Notes under the pieces: model-generated
Told to the model about the DNA's origin: nothing
Seen by the model: the letters and a program-made list of their open reading frames with translations, nothing else
Database searches by the model: none
Translations under genes and position numbers: made by a program
Assembly (NCBI GenBank): GCA_029255845.1
Contig: JAJVLF010000013.1
Span: 1,469-65,468, forward strand
DNA length: 64,000 nucleotides
Reading direction: 5' to 3'
DNA from: Campylobacterota bacterium
GTDB taxonomy: Bacteria; Campylobacterota; Campylobacteria; Campylobacterales; JAJVLF01
Shown here: one piece after another, positions 1 to 9,192 of the stretch
Layout: every line of letters begins with the position of its first letter
Numbering within the stretch: position 1 is the first letter of the stretch

Positions 1-94
1 ATACGGTGTAGCCGTAACTACATCTATTTTATAAAAATTGCTATAAGGCTAAAATATAATATTAGCTATTTATTTTGAATTAATAGAGGTTCCC
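1..94 (+). mobile_element. Foldback MITE family A, partial copy cut by the window start (central hairpin plus one arm)
   Basis: Equals the reverse complement of 3208-3301 bar 1 nt. Ends TTGAATTAATAGAGGTTCCC followed by TTAA (95-98). For MITEs the strand field is the strand on which arm mismatches become G:U. Confidence 0.85.
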
Positions 95-108
95 TTAAGT
101 AATCCCAC

Positions 109-1362
109 CTACCTAAAACTAAACTCCTCATAATGAATATCTTCCATTTCAATACCTTTTTCCATAAGACCTTTAATATATGTCTCTCTCATAATTTCTG
201 CTCCACATATATACACAGAATGGTTTTTAATAGTATTGACATTATATAATTTACTAATAGCAAAATGTCCTTTTTCGTGGGAGTCCCATAGGATAAATTT
301 TATATTTTTGTTTTTTGAAGTTATTTTTTCAATTTCATCTTTATAATTTGCTTCTTCCTCACTTCTTACACTCCAAATTAATGTAATATCAAAACTAGAA
401 TCTACTTCTTTTAAAAAGGATAAAAAAGGAGTAATGCCTATGCCTCCTGCTAGCCATAATTGTTTTTTATGTTTTGCATTTTTAAAGTTAAATACACCAT
501 AAGGTCCTTGGACTGTGGCTTTTGTGCCTTTTTTTATGGCGGTTTGTAGAGAAGCTGTGTAATCTCCTAAGGATTTAATTGTAAATCTTAATATGTCTTC
601 TTGTGAATTGTTGCTTATGGTAAATGGATGTGCTTCGTTTTTATTAAATCCATCTATTCTTAAAAATGCAAATTGCCCTGCTTCAAATTCAAGCTGTTTA
701 GAATCTGCTTTTAGGGTTAATTCTGTGATGTCATTTTTGAAATTTATTACATTATCTATCTTGTAAGGTAGTTTTTTATTAAACATATTAAATAAAAATG
801 CCTTATAAAACCAAGCAGAAATTCCTACTAGAGAAGCTAATAATACATAAGTTCTTACAATTGGTAATTCCCCTGTAAGGGATGTTACATTATACGAATG
901 AGCTATGCCTAATATATAAAATACTCCCATTAGCTTGTGGATGTTTATCCATTTATCGTATTTTAATACTCTTTTGAAAAAAGGCACGGCAGATAGTATT
1001 ACACCCATAAAAATTAAAATCATCGCAAAAAAACCTATCGGGATACCTATCTTAAATTCAAGTGCTTTTGGGATTACCATAAAATGCAAAATCAAAAGAA
1101 CCACAGCTATTACACCACTTCTTCTATGGATTAAATACATTTTATCTAAACCACCAAACATTTTTTCTAGCCATCTAGCTTTTGTGGACATTAAAAAATT
1201 CACAGCAAATACAGTAATGACCCAAGAAGAAAATACTTCTCCTATGACATGCTGTGCGCTGTATTTATAATCTCCAGTATATAGAGACAAATCAATAATC
1301 CAAAACCCAAAATGAATAAATGTAATTATAGGGAAATAATTTTCTTGTTTAATTCGTCTCAT
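109..1362 (-). CDS. Ferric-reductase-like membrane flavoprotein (multi-TM domain fused to FAD/NAD(P)-binding domain)
   Basis: 417 aa. Hydrophobic N-terminal half with conserved His residues, then HPFTIS (FAD) and LAGGIGITPF (NAD(P)) motifs. Confidence 0.8.
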   Translation of the reverse strand: MRRIKQENYFPIITFIHFGFWIIDLSLYTGDYKYSAQHVIGEVFSSWVITVFAVNFLMSTKARWLEKMFGGLDKMYLIHRRSGVIAVVLLILHFMVIPKALEFKIGIPIGFFAMILIFMGVILSAVPFFKRVLKYDKWINIHKLMGVFYILGIAHSYNVTSLTGELPIVRTYVLLASLVGISAWFYKAFLFNMFNKKLPYKIDNVINFKNDITELTLKADSKQLEFEAGQFAFLRIDGFNKNEAHPFTISNNSQEDILRFTIKSLGDYTASLQTAIKKGTKATVQGPYGVFNFKNAKHKKQLWLAGGIGITPFLSFLKEVDSSFDITLIWSVRSEEEANYKDEIEKITSKNKNIKFILWDSHEKGHFAISKLYNVNTIKNHSVYICGAEIMRETYIKGLMEKGIEMEDIHYEEFSFR

Positions 1363-1371
1363 AATGTCCCT

Positions 1372-1692
1372 TTATTTAGATTTAGAACTTATATAATCAA
1401 CTGCTAAGTTAATATCATCATCACTACACTCTTCGCAACCGCCTTTTGCTTTATGGTTATTTTCACCATTTAAAACAATACTTTTCATAGTTTCTAGTGA
1501 ATTTTTATCAAAAAACTCACTCCAATCTGACTTATCTCCAATAGCTGGAGCTCCACTTAACCATCCTTTAAGTCCTCCACTATGGCAAGAAGCACAAGTT
1601 TTTTCAAAAACCTTCTCGCCACTTGCATAGCTTACATTCATAAAAGCAATAGTTGCTAAAAAGCAAACTACTAATATATTTTTAAAAATCAT
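1372..1692 (-). CDS. Periplasmic mono-heme c-type cytochrome
   Basis: Signal peptide and a single CASCH heme-binding motif. Same strand as, and 9 bp downstream-adjacent to, the reductase gene. Confidence 0.8.
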   Translation of the reverse strand: MIFKNILVVCFLATIAFMNVSYASGEKVFEKTCASCHSGGLKGWLSGAPAIGDKSDWSEFFDKNSLETMKSIVLNGENNHKAKGGCEECSDDDINLAVDYISSKSK

Positions 1693-1694
1693 AA

Positions 1695-2165
1695 TTATCC
1701 TTTAAGTATTTTGGGTCTAAATGAACCCATTAAAATCTCAATCAATAAAGGGATTGAGTTAGAAGCACCTATCATTTCTTCAGTAGCAAGTCTGCTAAGA
1801 AACTCTTCACTAACTACATTGGTCTCTAAACCAATAAAAGCTAATTCTCTAAGCTCTGGCATCATAGGAACTAAAAAAACAAAAGCATTAATAGCAAGAA
1901 AAGCCATCATTGCTAATTTCACCTTTAACCAATTTGGCACAACCTCATAACTATAATAAAGATACAAATCACATATAAGCTTCAACCCCATACCTGGAAG
2001 TATCAAAATATAAGCACTAAGCTCTTTATAGGTATATACATTATAAGCAGTCTGTGCATCTGGATGTCCTAAAACTGCTCCTATAATTATGTGAGAGAGT
2101 ATTCCTCCCACATACATAATAGTCCCAATCTCGCCGATAAAATTCGCAAATTTTTCTTTATTCAT
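1695..2165 (-). CDS. Integral membrane protein of unknown function
   Basis: 156 aa with about 4 hydrophobic helices. Tightly packed with flanking same-strand genes. Confidence 0.55.
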   Translation of the reverse strand: MNKEKFANFIGEIGTIMYVGGILSHIIIGAVLGHPDAQTAYNVYTYKELSAYILILPGMGLKLICDLYLYYSYEVVPNWLKVKLAMMAFLAINAFVFLVPMMPELRELAFIGLETNVVSEEFLSRLATEEMIGASNSIPLLIEILMGSFRPKILKG

Positions 2166-2170
2166 TAGAT

Positions 2171-2668
2171 TTATTTTTTTCTAAATGGTGATTTTATATT
2201 TGCAAATTCTTCTTTTGATATTGAGCCATCATTGTTTGTATCAGCTGATTTAAATCTTTGGCTTGTTTTGTAATCTTTCATTTCTTTTTTACTTAATTTA
2301 CCATCAGTATTTACATCTTGTGCGAAAAATTCATTTTTAGATTTTTTTCTCATTTCCATATGTGATACAAATCCATCGTGGTCTAAATCACTTTCATTAA
2401 ACCATTTGTCCATTTTTTCTGGAAATCTTTTTGCTATAAAGTTATCTTTTGATTCTTTCATAGATACTTTATTGTCATCATTATCATCATTTCTTTTAAA
2501 TCTACTCTCTGAGATAGCAAAATATTCTGTTTTATCAACAAATCCATCTTTATCTTCATCAAATTTTGAAAACATTCTATCTGGCATATTTTTAAACTTA
2601 CCAAAACAACCCACAGTCGCTATAGCACCTATAACCACTAAACCTATAATTAAACTTCTTTTTGTCAT
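2171..2668 (-). CDS. Secreted EF-hand calcium-binding protein
   Basis: Signal peptide plus four EF-hand loops (DEDKDGFVDKTE, DLDHDGFVSHME, DVNTDGKLSKKE, DTNNDGSISKEE). Confidence 0.75.
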   Translation of the reverse strand: MTKRSLIIGLVVIGAIATVGCFGKFKNMPDRMFSKFDEDKDGFVDKTEYFAISESRFKRNDDNDDNKVSMKESKDNFIAKRFPEKMDKWFNESDLDHDGFVSHMEMRKKSKNEFFAQDVNTDGKLSKKEMKDYKTSQRFKSADTNNDGSISKEEFANIKSPFRKK

Positions 2669-2690
2669 TGTTGACCCTTTATAAATAAAA

Positions 2691-2709
2691 TACTTGTCTT
2701 ATGCAAGTA
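2691..2709. promoter_or_regulatory. Candidate MarR operator site 1 (TACTTG-N7-CAAGTA)
   Basis: 19-bp pseudo-palindrome TACTTGTCTTATGCAAGTA in the divergent region between the EF-hand operon and marR. Its near-exact inverted partner lies at 2737-2755. Confidence 0.5.
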
Positions 2710-2736
2710 AATGGAATTATATACAACCAAACTTAA

Positions 2737-2755
2737 TACTTGCTTAAGACAAGTA
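2737..2755. promoter_or_regulatory. Candidate MarR operator site 2 (TACTTG-N7-CAAGTA)
   Basis: TACTTGCTTAAGACAAGTA equals the reverse complement of site 1 with 1 mismatch. It overlaps the 5' end of the marR ORF as drawn by the track. Confidence 0.5.
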
Positions 2756-3207
2756 TAATATTAAAATTGTATAATTTCATTATGCAAAATATACAACTAG
2801 GAAAATCATTGGGGCATTTATTTCATTTTATTAATTTGAATATGAGAAAGAAGCTAGATAAGGACATAAGGGAGCTTGGTCTTACATCTTCACATCAATT
2901 TGGTGTGCTATTATTGCTAAGTAAAAGCAATCTATCGCAAAAAGAAATTTCAGATTCTACCTTAGCAGATGAGCCTTCTACTACGAGAATGCTAGAAAGA
3001 ATGATAAAAAAAGAGCTTATTTCTAAGAAAAAATCAGATAAAGATAAAAGAAAACAAATAGTTTTTATAACGAATAAAGGCAAAGAGCTTTTGAAAAAAG
3101 CAATGCCTTTGGCTAATGAGGGCAATAAAAAAATTGAGAATATATTAAGTAGTGATGAATTAGAAAATCTTTTTACTATTTTAAATAAAATAAAAGATGG
3201 TATTTAA
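2740..3207 (+). CDS. MarR-family transcriptional regulator
   Basis: Winged-HTH region LSQKEISDSTLADEPSTTRMLERMIKKELISKKKSDKDKRKQIVFITNKG. The track start is TTG; ATG at 2782 (MQNIQLG) is the more likely start. The stop TAA lies in the TTAA abutting MITE 3208-3368. Confidence 0.85.
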   Translation: MLKTSIILKLYNFIMQNIQLGKSLGHLFHFINLNMRKKLDKDIRELGLTSSHQFGVLLLLSKSNLSQKEISDSTLADEPSTTRMLERMIKKELISKKKSDKDKRKQIVFITNKGKELLKKAMPLANEGNKKIENILSSDELENLFTILNKIKDGI

Positions 3208-3368
3208 GGGAACCTCTATTAATTCAAAATAAATAGCTAATATTATATTTTAGCCTTATAGCAATTTTTATAAAATAGATGTAGCTACGGCTACACCGTA
3301 TTTTATAAAAATCACTCTAAAACTAAAATCTAACATTATCTAAATTATTTGAATTAATAGAGGTTCTC
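3208..3368 (-). mobile_element. Foldback MITE family A, complete 161-bp copy
   Basis: GGGAACCTCTATTAATTCAAA...TTTGAATTAATAGAGGTTCTC. Arms pair over about 70 nt around a TGTAGC-TACG-GCTACA centre. Flanked by TTAA (3204-3207) and TTAA (3369-3372). Confidence 0.9.
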
Positions 3369-3409
3369 TTAAGATAGCGAATTTTATAAAAATTTGATAG
3401 AATAAAAAA

Positions 3410-4969
3410 ATGAAAAAGATTATATTTAATTTATTATTAATTATCCTTACTATGCTTATCGTAAGCTGTGGAGATGATAATAAAGCAATTACGGATTTTA
3501 TACCAAAGATTGGTTCTGAAAACTTAAATACTCAAACTTCTTATAATATCTTTAATAAATCTAATATCGCAAGAAGCATTAAAGAAAAAAATCCTATAAG
3601 TAGGGGTTTTATGGTCGATGAAGAAGATAAAAAATTTGTTGTTGAAACTCTGACATATATTAAAAGTATTTTGATTATCAAAAAAGAAGAAGAGGCTACT
3701 ATTAATTCATTATTAGCAAATATCAATACATCTGAGTATGCTTCAACTATAAATGATGTTTATTCTATTTTAAAAATAAACAATATCACCACAAGCTCAA
3801 CAAAAGAAATGATTAAAACTTTTATGAGCAAAATATCGAAAGAGATTTATAATAAAAGACTACTTAGATTAAATAATGTAATTGACTTTAGTAAAAAAAT
3901 TGATTGCACACAATCATTAAATTTATCAAATGTGTATGTATCTAGTGATGACTCTATTAATACTACATATATAGATACAATAGAAAAAGAAGCGAAAGAA
4001 AAACTAAAAAACCTAGAAAGCGAATTAAAGGCATTAGATACGGCAAATAAAAACTATGCTATAAAAAAACAATTACTAGAAAAAGATATAAAAGAAGCTA
4101 AAGAATATCTAAATGGGCTTGAAGAAAATAATAAAGCTTTTAAAGAAAGCATAAAGCTATCAATAGAAAATACTTTAAAAGAAATATATGACATAGAGCA
4201 TTATGAGTGCATTACAGCAGAGCAAATTCAATATGGTAGCAGGATAAATACTAAAAAGGTAGGAGATAAATCTTTTACTACTATTGATGATAAATATAAA
4301 GATAGTTTGTATAAGGTGAGCTGGTTAGCTAAAGATAAATTAACATTTGATTTTTCTGGGGATTTGATTTTGAGATTAAATAATCATCAAATACTAGAAA
4401 GTATAAATAATCAAGAAGACTACACTAGGATAGATAGCAGAGTGATAAATGAGAAAAATAAAAAACTATATTCTATTTTTTTAAAATTTCCTAAAGATGA
4501 TTTAATATCACAGACTTTTTATAATATAGACTTAGATTTAAAAACTAGGCTTCCAAAAAATCAATATATGCAAAGCTTTAGGAAGTTTGATGGAAAAACA
4601 AAAAAAGAAACATATATAACTTATTCTCATTTTACCCCTTTGGGTATCGCTATATTTAGTTGCTCTAGTGAGGGTGGGATAATTTGCAATGATGACTCTA
4701 AATTTAGCTCTAGTTATGCAAAACTTAAATCCTCTGACTCATCCCTTAGAGCAAAAGCGAAAAATAAAAGCATAAGCAAGGATGACTCTTCTAGGAATTT
4801 TTTTGAGAATATAAGTAAAGAAATGGCACAAAAAATAGGGCTTACTACTGATATGGGCATATTGAAAAGTAAAATATCTTTAACACATTCTCGTGATATG
4901 TCTAGTATTTTATCTAATATAAATGTAGAGCAAGATAATAATTTTTATTTGGATAATTTGGATTATTAA
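3410..4969 (+). CDS. Lipoprotein with central coiled-coil, unknown function
   Basis: 519 aa. Lipobox LIVSCGDD after the signal peptide. K/E-rich heptad-like segment (EKEAKEKLKNLESELKALD...). Confidence 0.6.
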   Translation: MKKIIFNLLLIILTMLIVSCGDDNKAITDFIPKIGSENLNTQTSYNIFNKSNIARSIKEKNPISRGFMVDEEDKKFVVETLTYIKSILIIKKEEEATINSLLANINTSEYASTINDVYSILKINNITTSSTKEMIKTFMSKISKEIYNKRLLRLNNVIDFSKKIDCTQSLNLSNVYVSSDDSINTTYIDTIEKEAKEKLKNLESELKALDTANKNYAIKKQLLEKDIKEAKEYLNGLEENNKAFKESIKLSIENTLKEIYDIEHYECITAEQIQYGSRINTKKVGDKSFTTIDDKYKDSLYKVSWLAKDKLTFDFSGDLILRLNNHQILESINNQEDYTRIDSRVINEKNKKLYSIFLKFPKDDLISQTFYNIDLDLKTRLPKNQYMQSFRKFDGKTKKETYITYSHFTPLGIAIFSCSSEGGIICNDDSKFSSSYAKLKSSDSSLRAKAKNKSISKDDSSRNFFENISKEMAQKIGLTTDMGILKSKISLTHSRDMSSILSNINVEQDNNFYLDNLDY

Positions 4970-5034
4970 TATTTACATTATGAAACTTTTTGATTAATAG
5001 AGTATGATAAGCAAATATATTAATAAGGATAAAA

Positions 5035-6726
5035 ATGAGAAGTGATATAATAAAAAAAGGTGCTGATAAGACACCTCATAGAAGTCTGCTTCGTGCGACA
5101 GGATTACAGGATGAGGATTTTAAGAAGCCATTTATAGGGGTTGCTAATAGTTTTATAGAGATAATTCCTGGGCATTTTTTCTTAAATAAAGTGGCTGAGA
5201 TTATTAAAGAAGAGATTAAAAGTAATGGTTGTGTGCCTTTTGAGTTTAATACTATAGGGGTGGATGATGGTATCGCTATGGGGCATGATGGGATGCTTTT
5301 TTCTTTGCCTTCTCGTGAGCTTATTGCTAATTCTATTGAAACTGTGATGAATGCCCATAGCTTGGATGCTATGATAGCTATTCCTAATTGTGATAAGATT
5401 GTTCCAGGTATGCTTATGGGGGCATTAAGGGTTAATGTGCCTACTGTTTTTGTTAGTGGGGGTCCTATGGAGAAAGGGTATGATAAAGATGGGAAGCCTA
5501 TTGATTTGGCTACTGCTTTTGAGGCTGTGGGGAAATTTCAGATGGGTGATATTAATGAGAGTGATTTAAAAGATATAGAATGTAATGCTTGTCCTAGTGG
5601 AGGGAGTTGCTCGGGTATGTTTACTGCTAATTCTATGAATACTTTGATGGAGGCTATGGGGGTTGCTCTTACTGGTAATGGGACTATTTTAGCTTTGACT
5701 AAAGAGAGAGAAGAGCTTTATCGTCAGGCAGCTAGGAGGATTTGTGAGATAGCTAAAAATAAAGAACTTAGAAGCAAGTTAAAGTTTAAAAATGTTTTAA
5801 ATGAAAAAGCTGTTCATAATGCCTTTGTGGTGGATATGGCAATGGGTGGAAGCTCTAATACTATACTTCATATGCTAGCTATCGCTAAAGAAGCTGGGGT
5901 GGATTTTCATATATCTCAAATCAATGAAATAGCTAAACAAGTAAGCCATATAGCAAAAATATCTCCATCCCTTAGCACTGTCCATATGGAAGATATAAAC
6001 AAGGCAGGTGGAGTGAATGCGGTAATGAAAGAAATCTCTAAAAGAAGCGGTGTTTTGCATTTAGATAATCCTACTATTACAGATGAAAATTTAGGTGAGA
6101 GAATAAAGGATGCGAGCATAAAAGATGATAATATTATAAGACATATTGATAATGCTTATTCTCCTGTGGGAGGTCTTGCTATTTTATTTGGAAATATCGC
6201 GAAAGATGGCTCAGTGGTAAAAACTGCTGGAATATCAAAAAATATGCGACAATTCACAGGAAAAGCGGTATGTTTTAATTCTCAAAAAGAGGCAATTTCT
6301 GGGATTATGGGTAAAAAAATCCAAGCTGGAGATGTGGTGGTTCTAAGATACGAAGGACCAAAAGGAGGACCTGGAATGCAAGAAATGCTTAGCCCGACAA
6401 GCTTAATTATGGGCATGGGCTTAGGCGAGAGTGTAGCATTAATCACTGATGGAAGATTTAGTGGAGCTACTAGAGGGGCATGTATTGGGCATATATCACC
6501 TGAGGCTGCACAAGGTGGAAATATCGGATTAATTGAAGATGGTGATATTATAGAGCTTGATGTGGATAATTTTTCTTTAAATGCTAAAGTAAGTGATGAT
6601 GAGTTCGCAAAAAGAGCAAAGGATTGGACTCCTATTAAAAAAGAAGTTAAATCTTCATGGTTGAAGCAATATCGGGCATTGGTCATGGATTCTTCTCATG
6701 GAGCTGTGTTAGGATTTGGGGAGTAA
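5035..6726 (+). CDS. ilvD: Dihydroxy-acid dehydratase
   Basis: 563 aa full-length IlvD/Edd family. Motifs [16 protein letters not shown] and TDGRFSGAT. Confidence 0.95.
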   Translation: MRSDIIKKGADKTPHRSLLRATGLQDEDFKKPFIGVANSFIEIIPGHFFLNKVAEIIKEEIKSNGCVPFEFNTIGVDDGIAMGHDGMLFSLPSRELIANSIETVMNAHSLDAMIAIPNCDKIVPGMLMGALRVNVPTVFVSGGPMEKGYDKDGKPIDLATAFEAVGKFQMGDINESDLKDIECNACPSGGSCSGMFTANSMNTLMEAMGVALTGNGTILALTKEREELYRQAARRICEIAKNKELRSKLKFKNVLNEKAVHNAFVVDMAMGGSSNTILHMLAIAKEAGVDFHISQINEIAKQVSHIAKISPSLSTVHMEDINKAGGVNAVMKEISKRSGVLHLDNPTITDENLGERIKDASIKDDNIIRHIDNAYSPVGGLAILFGNIAKDGSVVKTAGISKNMRQFTGKAVCFNSQKEAISGIMGKKIQAGDVVVLRYEGPKGGPGMQEMLSPTSLIMGMGLGESVALITDGRFSGATRGACIGHISPEAAQGGNIGLIEDGDIIELDVDNFSLNAKVSDDEFAKRAKDWTPIKKEVKSSWLKQYRALVMDSSHGAVLGFGE

Positions 6727-7545
6727 TTGAAAGAGGTTTTAATTACGGGGTGTTCTAGTGGTATAGGCTTGCATTGTGCTATGTTTTTAAAAGAGCATAA
6801 TTTTAGAGTTTTTGCTACGGCTAGAAAAAATGAAGATGTCTTAATGCTTCAAGAAAAAGGATTAGAAGCTTTTCAATTAGATTTGCAAAATAAAGATAGC
6901 ATTCATAATGCTTTAAATGAAGTTTTAAAATTAACTAATGGTAAATTATATGCATTATTTAATAATGGAGCTTATGGTCAAGCAGGAGCTTTAGAGGATA
7001 TTTCTACTGAAGTTTTAAAAAAAGAATTTGAAACAAATGTATTTGGGTGGCATGAGCTTCAAAATTTAGTTTTGCCTATTATGAGAAAACAAGGATATGG
7101 CAAGATAGTCCAAAATAGCTCTGTGCTAGGATTTGTAAGCTTAAAATACAGAGGTGCATATAATGCTAGTAAGTATGCTATTGAGGGTCTTAGTGATACT
7201 TTAAGGCTTGAGCTTCTTGGAAGTAATATTTTTATCTCTCTTATAGAGCCTGGTCCTATTCGTAGTCATTTTAGAAAAAATGCTTATAAATCTTTTTTAG
7301 ATAATGTAGATTATGAAAATTCATTTCATAAAGATAATTATCAAAATATGATAAAAAGATTTGAAAGAAAAGGAAAAGACTTTTTTGAATTAAAAGAGAT
7401 TGCAGTTTCAAAAAAAGTATTAAAAATACTTAATGCCAAAAAACCACGAGCAAGATATTATGTAACATTTCCTACTTATTTATTTGGTTTTTTAAAGAGA
7501 ATACTAAGCACTTTTTGGATGGATAAAATACTTAGGTTTTTTTAG
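6727..7545 (+). CDS. Short-chain dehydrogenase/reductase (SDR)
   Basis: TGCSSGIG cofactor motif and YNASK catalytic motif. TTG start directly after the ilvD stop. Confidence 0.85.
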   Translation: MKEVLITGCSSGIGLHCAMFLKEHNFRVFATARKNEDVLMLQEKGLEAFQLDLQNKDSIHNALNEVLKLTNGKLYALFNNGAYGQAGALEDISTEVLKKEFETNVFGWHELQNLVLPIMRKQGYGKIVQNSSVLGFVSLKYRGAYNASKYAIEGLSDTLRLELLGSNIFISLIEPGPIRSHFRKNAYKSFLDNVDYENSFHKDNYQNMIKRFERKGKDFFELKEIAVSKKVLKILNAKKPRARYYVTFPTYLFGFLKRILSTFWMDKILRFF

Positions 7546-7558
7546 TTTAGAGGTTCCC
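7546..7558. repeat. Solo terminal stub of MITE family A/B (TTTAGAGGTTCCC + TTAA)
   Basis: 13-nt match to the element right terminus, between the SDR stop (7545) and the prs stop (7559-7561, inside the TTAA). Confidence 0.5.
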
Positions 7559-8488
7559 TTAAACATGAAATAAACCATGAACACTTTTGTTTTCATTAAT
7601 GCTAAGTATTACATTTGCGAAAATTTCAGAAGAAGAAAGAACTTTTATTTTAGGGCTTTTCTTAATAGGGATTGTATCAAGAACTATAATTTCATCTAAA
7701 TCACTATTTTCTAAATCTTTATATGCATTGCCACTAAATACAGGGTGCACAGCAAAAACTTGGACAGATTTGGCTCCTTTAGCTTTTAAGGCACTAGCAG
7801 CTTTTACTATGGTTCCTCCTGTGTCAATCATATCATCTATTAGGATTACTTCTTTGTTGTCTACATCGCCTATGATATTCATAACCTCGCTTGAATTTGC
7901 TTTTTCTCTTCTTTTGTCTATAATTGCAATGTCTAAATTTAGATGTTTGGCGACTGATCTTGCTCTAGCTACTCCACCTACATCGGGACTTGCTATGATT
8001 GTGTTTTCTAATCCCATATCTTTTATGTAATTTAAAAATATGATAGTTCCATATAAATTATCAACGGGAATATTAAAAAACCCTTGTATTTGAGCAGCAT
8101 GCAAATCCATAGTAACCACTCTAGTTGCACCTGCTACTTGTATCATATCTGCTACTAATTTGGCAGTAATGGGAACTCTTGGGAGAACTTTTCTATCTTG
8201 TCTGGCATATCCAAAATATGGTATTACTGCGGTTATGCTTTTAGCATTGCTTCTTTTTAGGCAATCACACATTATTAAAAGTTGCATTAGATGTTTATTT
8301 ACAGGATTATAGGTAGATTGTATAATAAATACATCTTGTCCTCTCACACTTTCATTGACTTGGACATTAGTTTCACCATCGCTAAATTCACTAATTGTAA
8401 CATCTACAAGGCTCATATCTAAATGCTTTGCCATTTTTTCGGCAAATTCGTCATTAGAACCACAAGAGATAATTTTAAAGTTTGACAT
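7559..8488 (-). CDS. prs: Ribose-phosphate pyrophosphokinase
   Basis: 309 aa. Motifs DLHAAQIQGFF and DDMIDTGGT (PRPP-binding loop). Confidence 0.95.
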   Translation of the reverse strand: MSNFKIISCGSNDEFAEKMAKHLDMSLVDVTISEFSDGETNVQVNESVRGQDVFIIQSTYNPVNKHLMQLLIMCDCLKRSNAKSITAVIPYFGYARQDRKVLPRVPITAKLVADMIQVAGATRVVTMDLHAAQIQGFFNIPVDNLYGTIIFLNYIKDMGLENTIIASPDVGGVARARSVAKHLNLDIAIIDKRREKANSSEVMNIIGDVDNKEVILIDDMIDTGGTIVKAASALKAKGAKSVQVFAVHPVFSGNAYKDLENSDLDEIIVLDTIPIKKSPKIKVLSSSEIFANVILSINENKSVHGLFHV

Positions 8489-8540
8489 TTCATTTCCATA
8501 TTATGAGATAAATATCCCAAATTATATCAATAATACTTTA

Positions 8541-8600
8541 GGAAACCTCTAAAAGTATAAAATAAAGCAGATAATAATCTATTGATAAAAAACACTTCTA
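8541..8600. repeat. Degenerate left-arm remnant of MITE family B
   Basis: GGAAACCTCTAAAAGTATAAAATAAAGCAGATAATAAT resembles GGGAACCTCTAAAAATACAAAATAAATAGATAATAT. Preceded by TTTA. No matching right arm. Confidence 0.45.
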
Positions 8601-8677
8601 AAAACACTCCCACAAAATAACATTAAAATAAACAATATATTCCTAATATGAGGAATTTAAAAGTATTATTTACTTAA

Positions 8678-8692
8678 GGGAAACTCTAAAAT
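8678..8692. repeat. Second solo left-terminus stub (GGGAAACTCTAAAAT) preceded by CTTAA
   Basis: Similar to the family B terminus GGGAACCTCTAAAAAT. Lies just 3' of the DUF4149-like gene. Confidence 0.35.
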
Positions 8693-9191
8693 CACTTCTG
8701 CACAGATTGTATAGCTTTAGTTAAAAAAATAATTCCCGCTCTAATAATAAGTAAAAATTTTATAACCTCTAAAATACCATATATAAAATGATAATAACTT
8801 TCAGGCAAAGGCTCATTTGATATAACCATATCAGCTCTCTCCATAAGAATAGGTAAAAGCCAGATATTTTGTATGATAAAAATGCTTATTGGTAATAGAT
8901 ATAAAATCCATATTTTTCTATTAGGTTTTATAAAAAACAATGAAGTAATAATTAAGGAAGATATTATCCATTCCATAATGCTTAAGGCTTTGAATATTAT
9001 CTTGCCTATTCCTAGCCCTAATGCTGTCGTTATATTAGGAGCTTGAAATTTTAATGGGGCTTCCATAAAAGAAATGCTAAAAATTGAGCCTACCCATATA
9101 AAGAGACCAATGCACTTCTAATTTGCATTGGTCTCATAAAGGTTAAACTTATGATTAATACTTGTAAATATACTTGTTTTTTATCTGACAT
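8692..9191 (-). pseudogene. DUF4149-like small membrane protein gene split by a 33-bp mini-MITE
   Basis: Removing 9103-9135 plus one ATAAA copy (38 bp) joins MSDKKQVYLQVLIISLTF (ATG 9189-9191) in frame to IWVGSIFSISFMEAPLKF... With the insert the 5' frame stops after about 33 codons. The track ORF 8692-9066 is the 3' part. Confidence 0.65.
9103..9135. mobile_element. MITE family C, 33-bp minimal derivative
   Basis: GAGACCAATGCACTTCTAATTTGCATTGGTCTC (12-bp stem). Flanked by direct ATAAA (9098-9102 and 9136-9140). Confidence 0.85.
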
Positions 9192-9192
9192 T

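Noticed and set aside
3280-3295. The C(UACG)G tetraloop at the family A/B centre as proof that the strand bearing it is the functional RNA strand.
   Set aside because: That strand is the one on which the arm transitions become A:C mismatches. The two clues conflict, so the loop sequence alone cannot assign the strand. I report it only as a caveat.
6282-6686. Antisense or overlapping track ORFs inside well-supported genes. Examples: 935-1270, 1711-1950, 2406-2684, 5875-6119, 6282-6686, 7587-8030, 10344-10652, 21177-21395, 25485-25811, 31336-31839, 40799-41122, 52079-52447.
   Set aside because: Each lies entirely within a longer ORF on the opposite strand that has clear family motifs. Their translations are low-complexity and hydrophobic, as is typical of shadow ORFs in AT-rich DNA.
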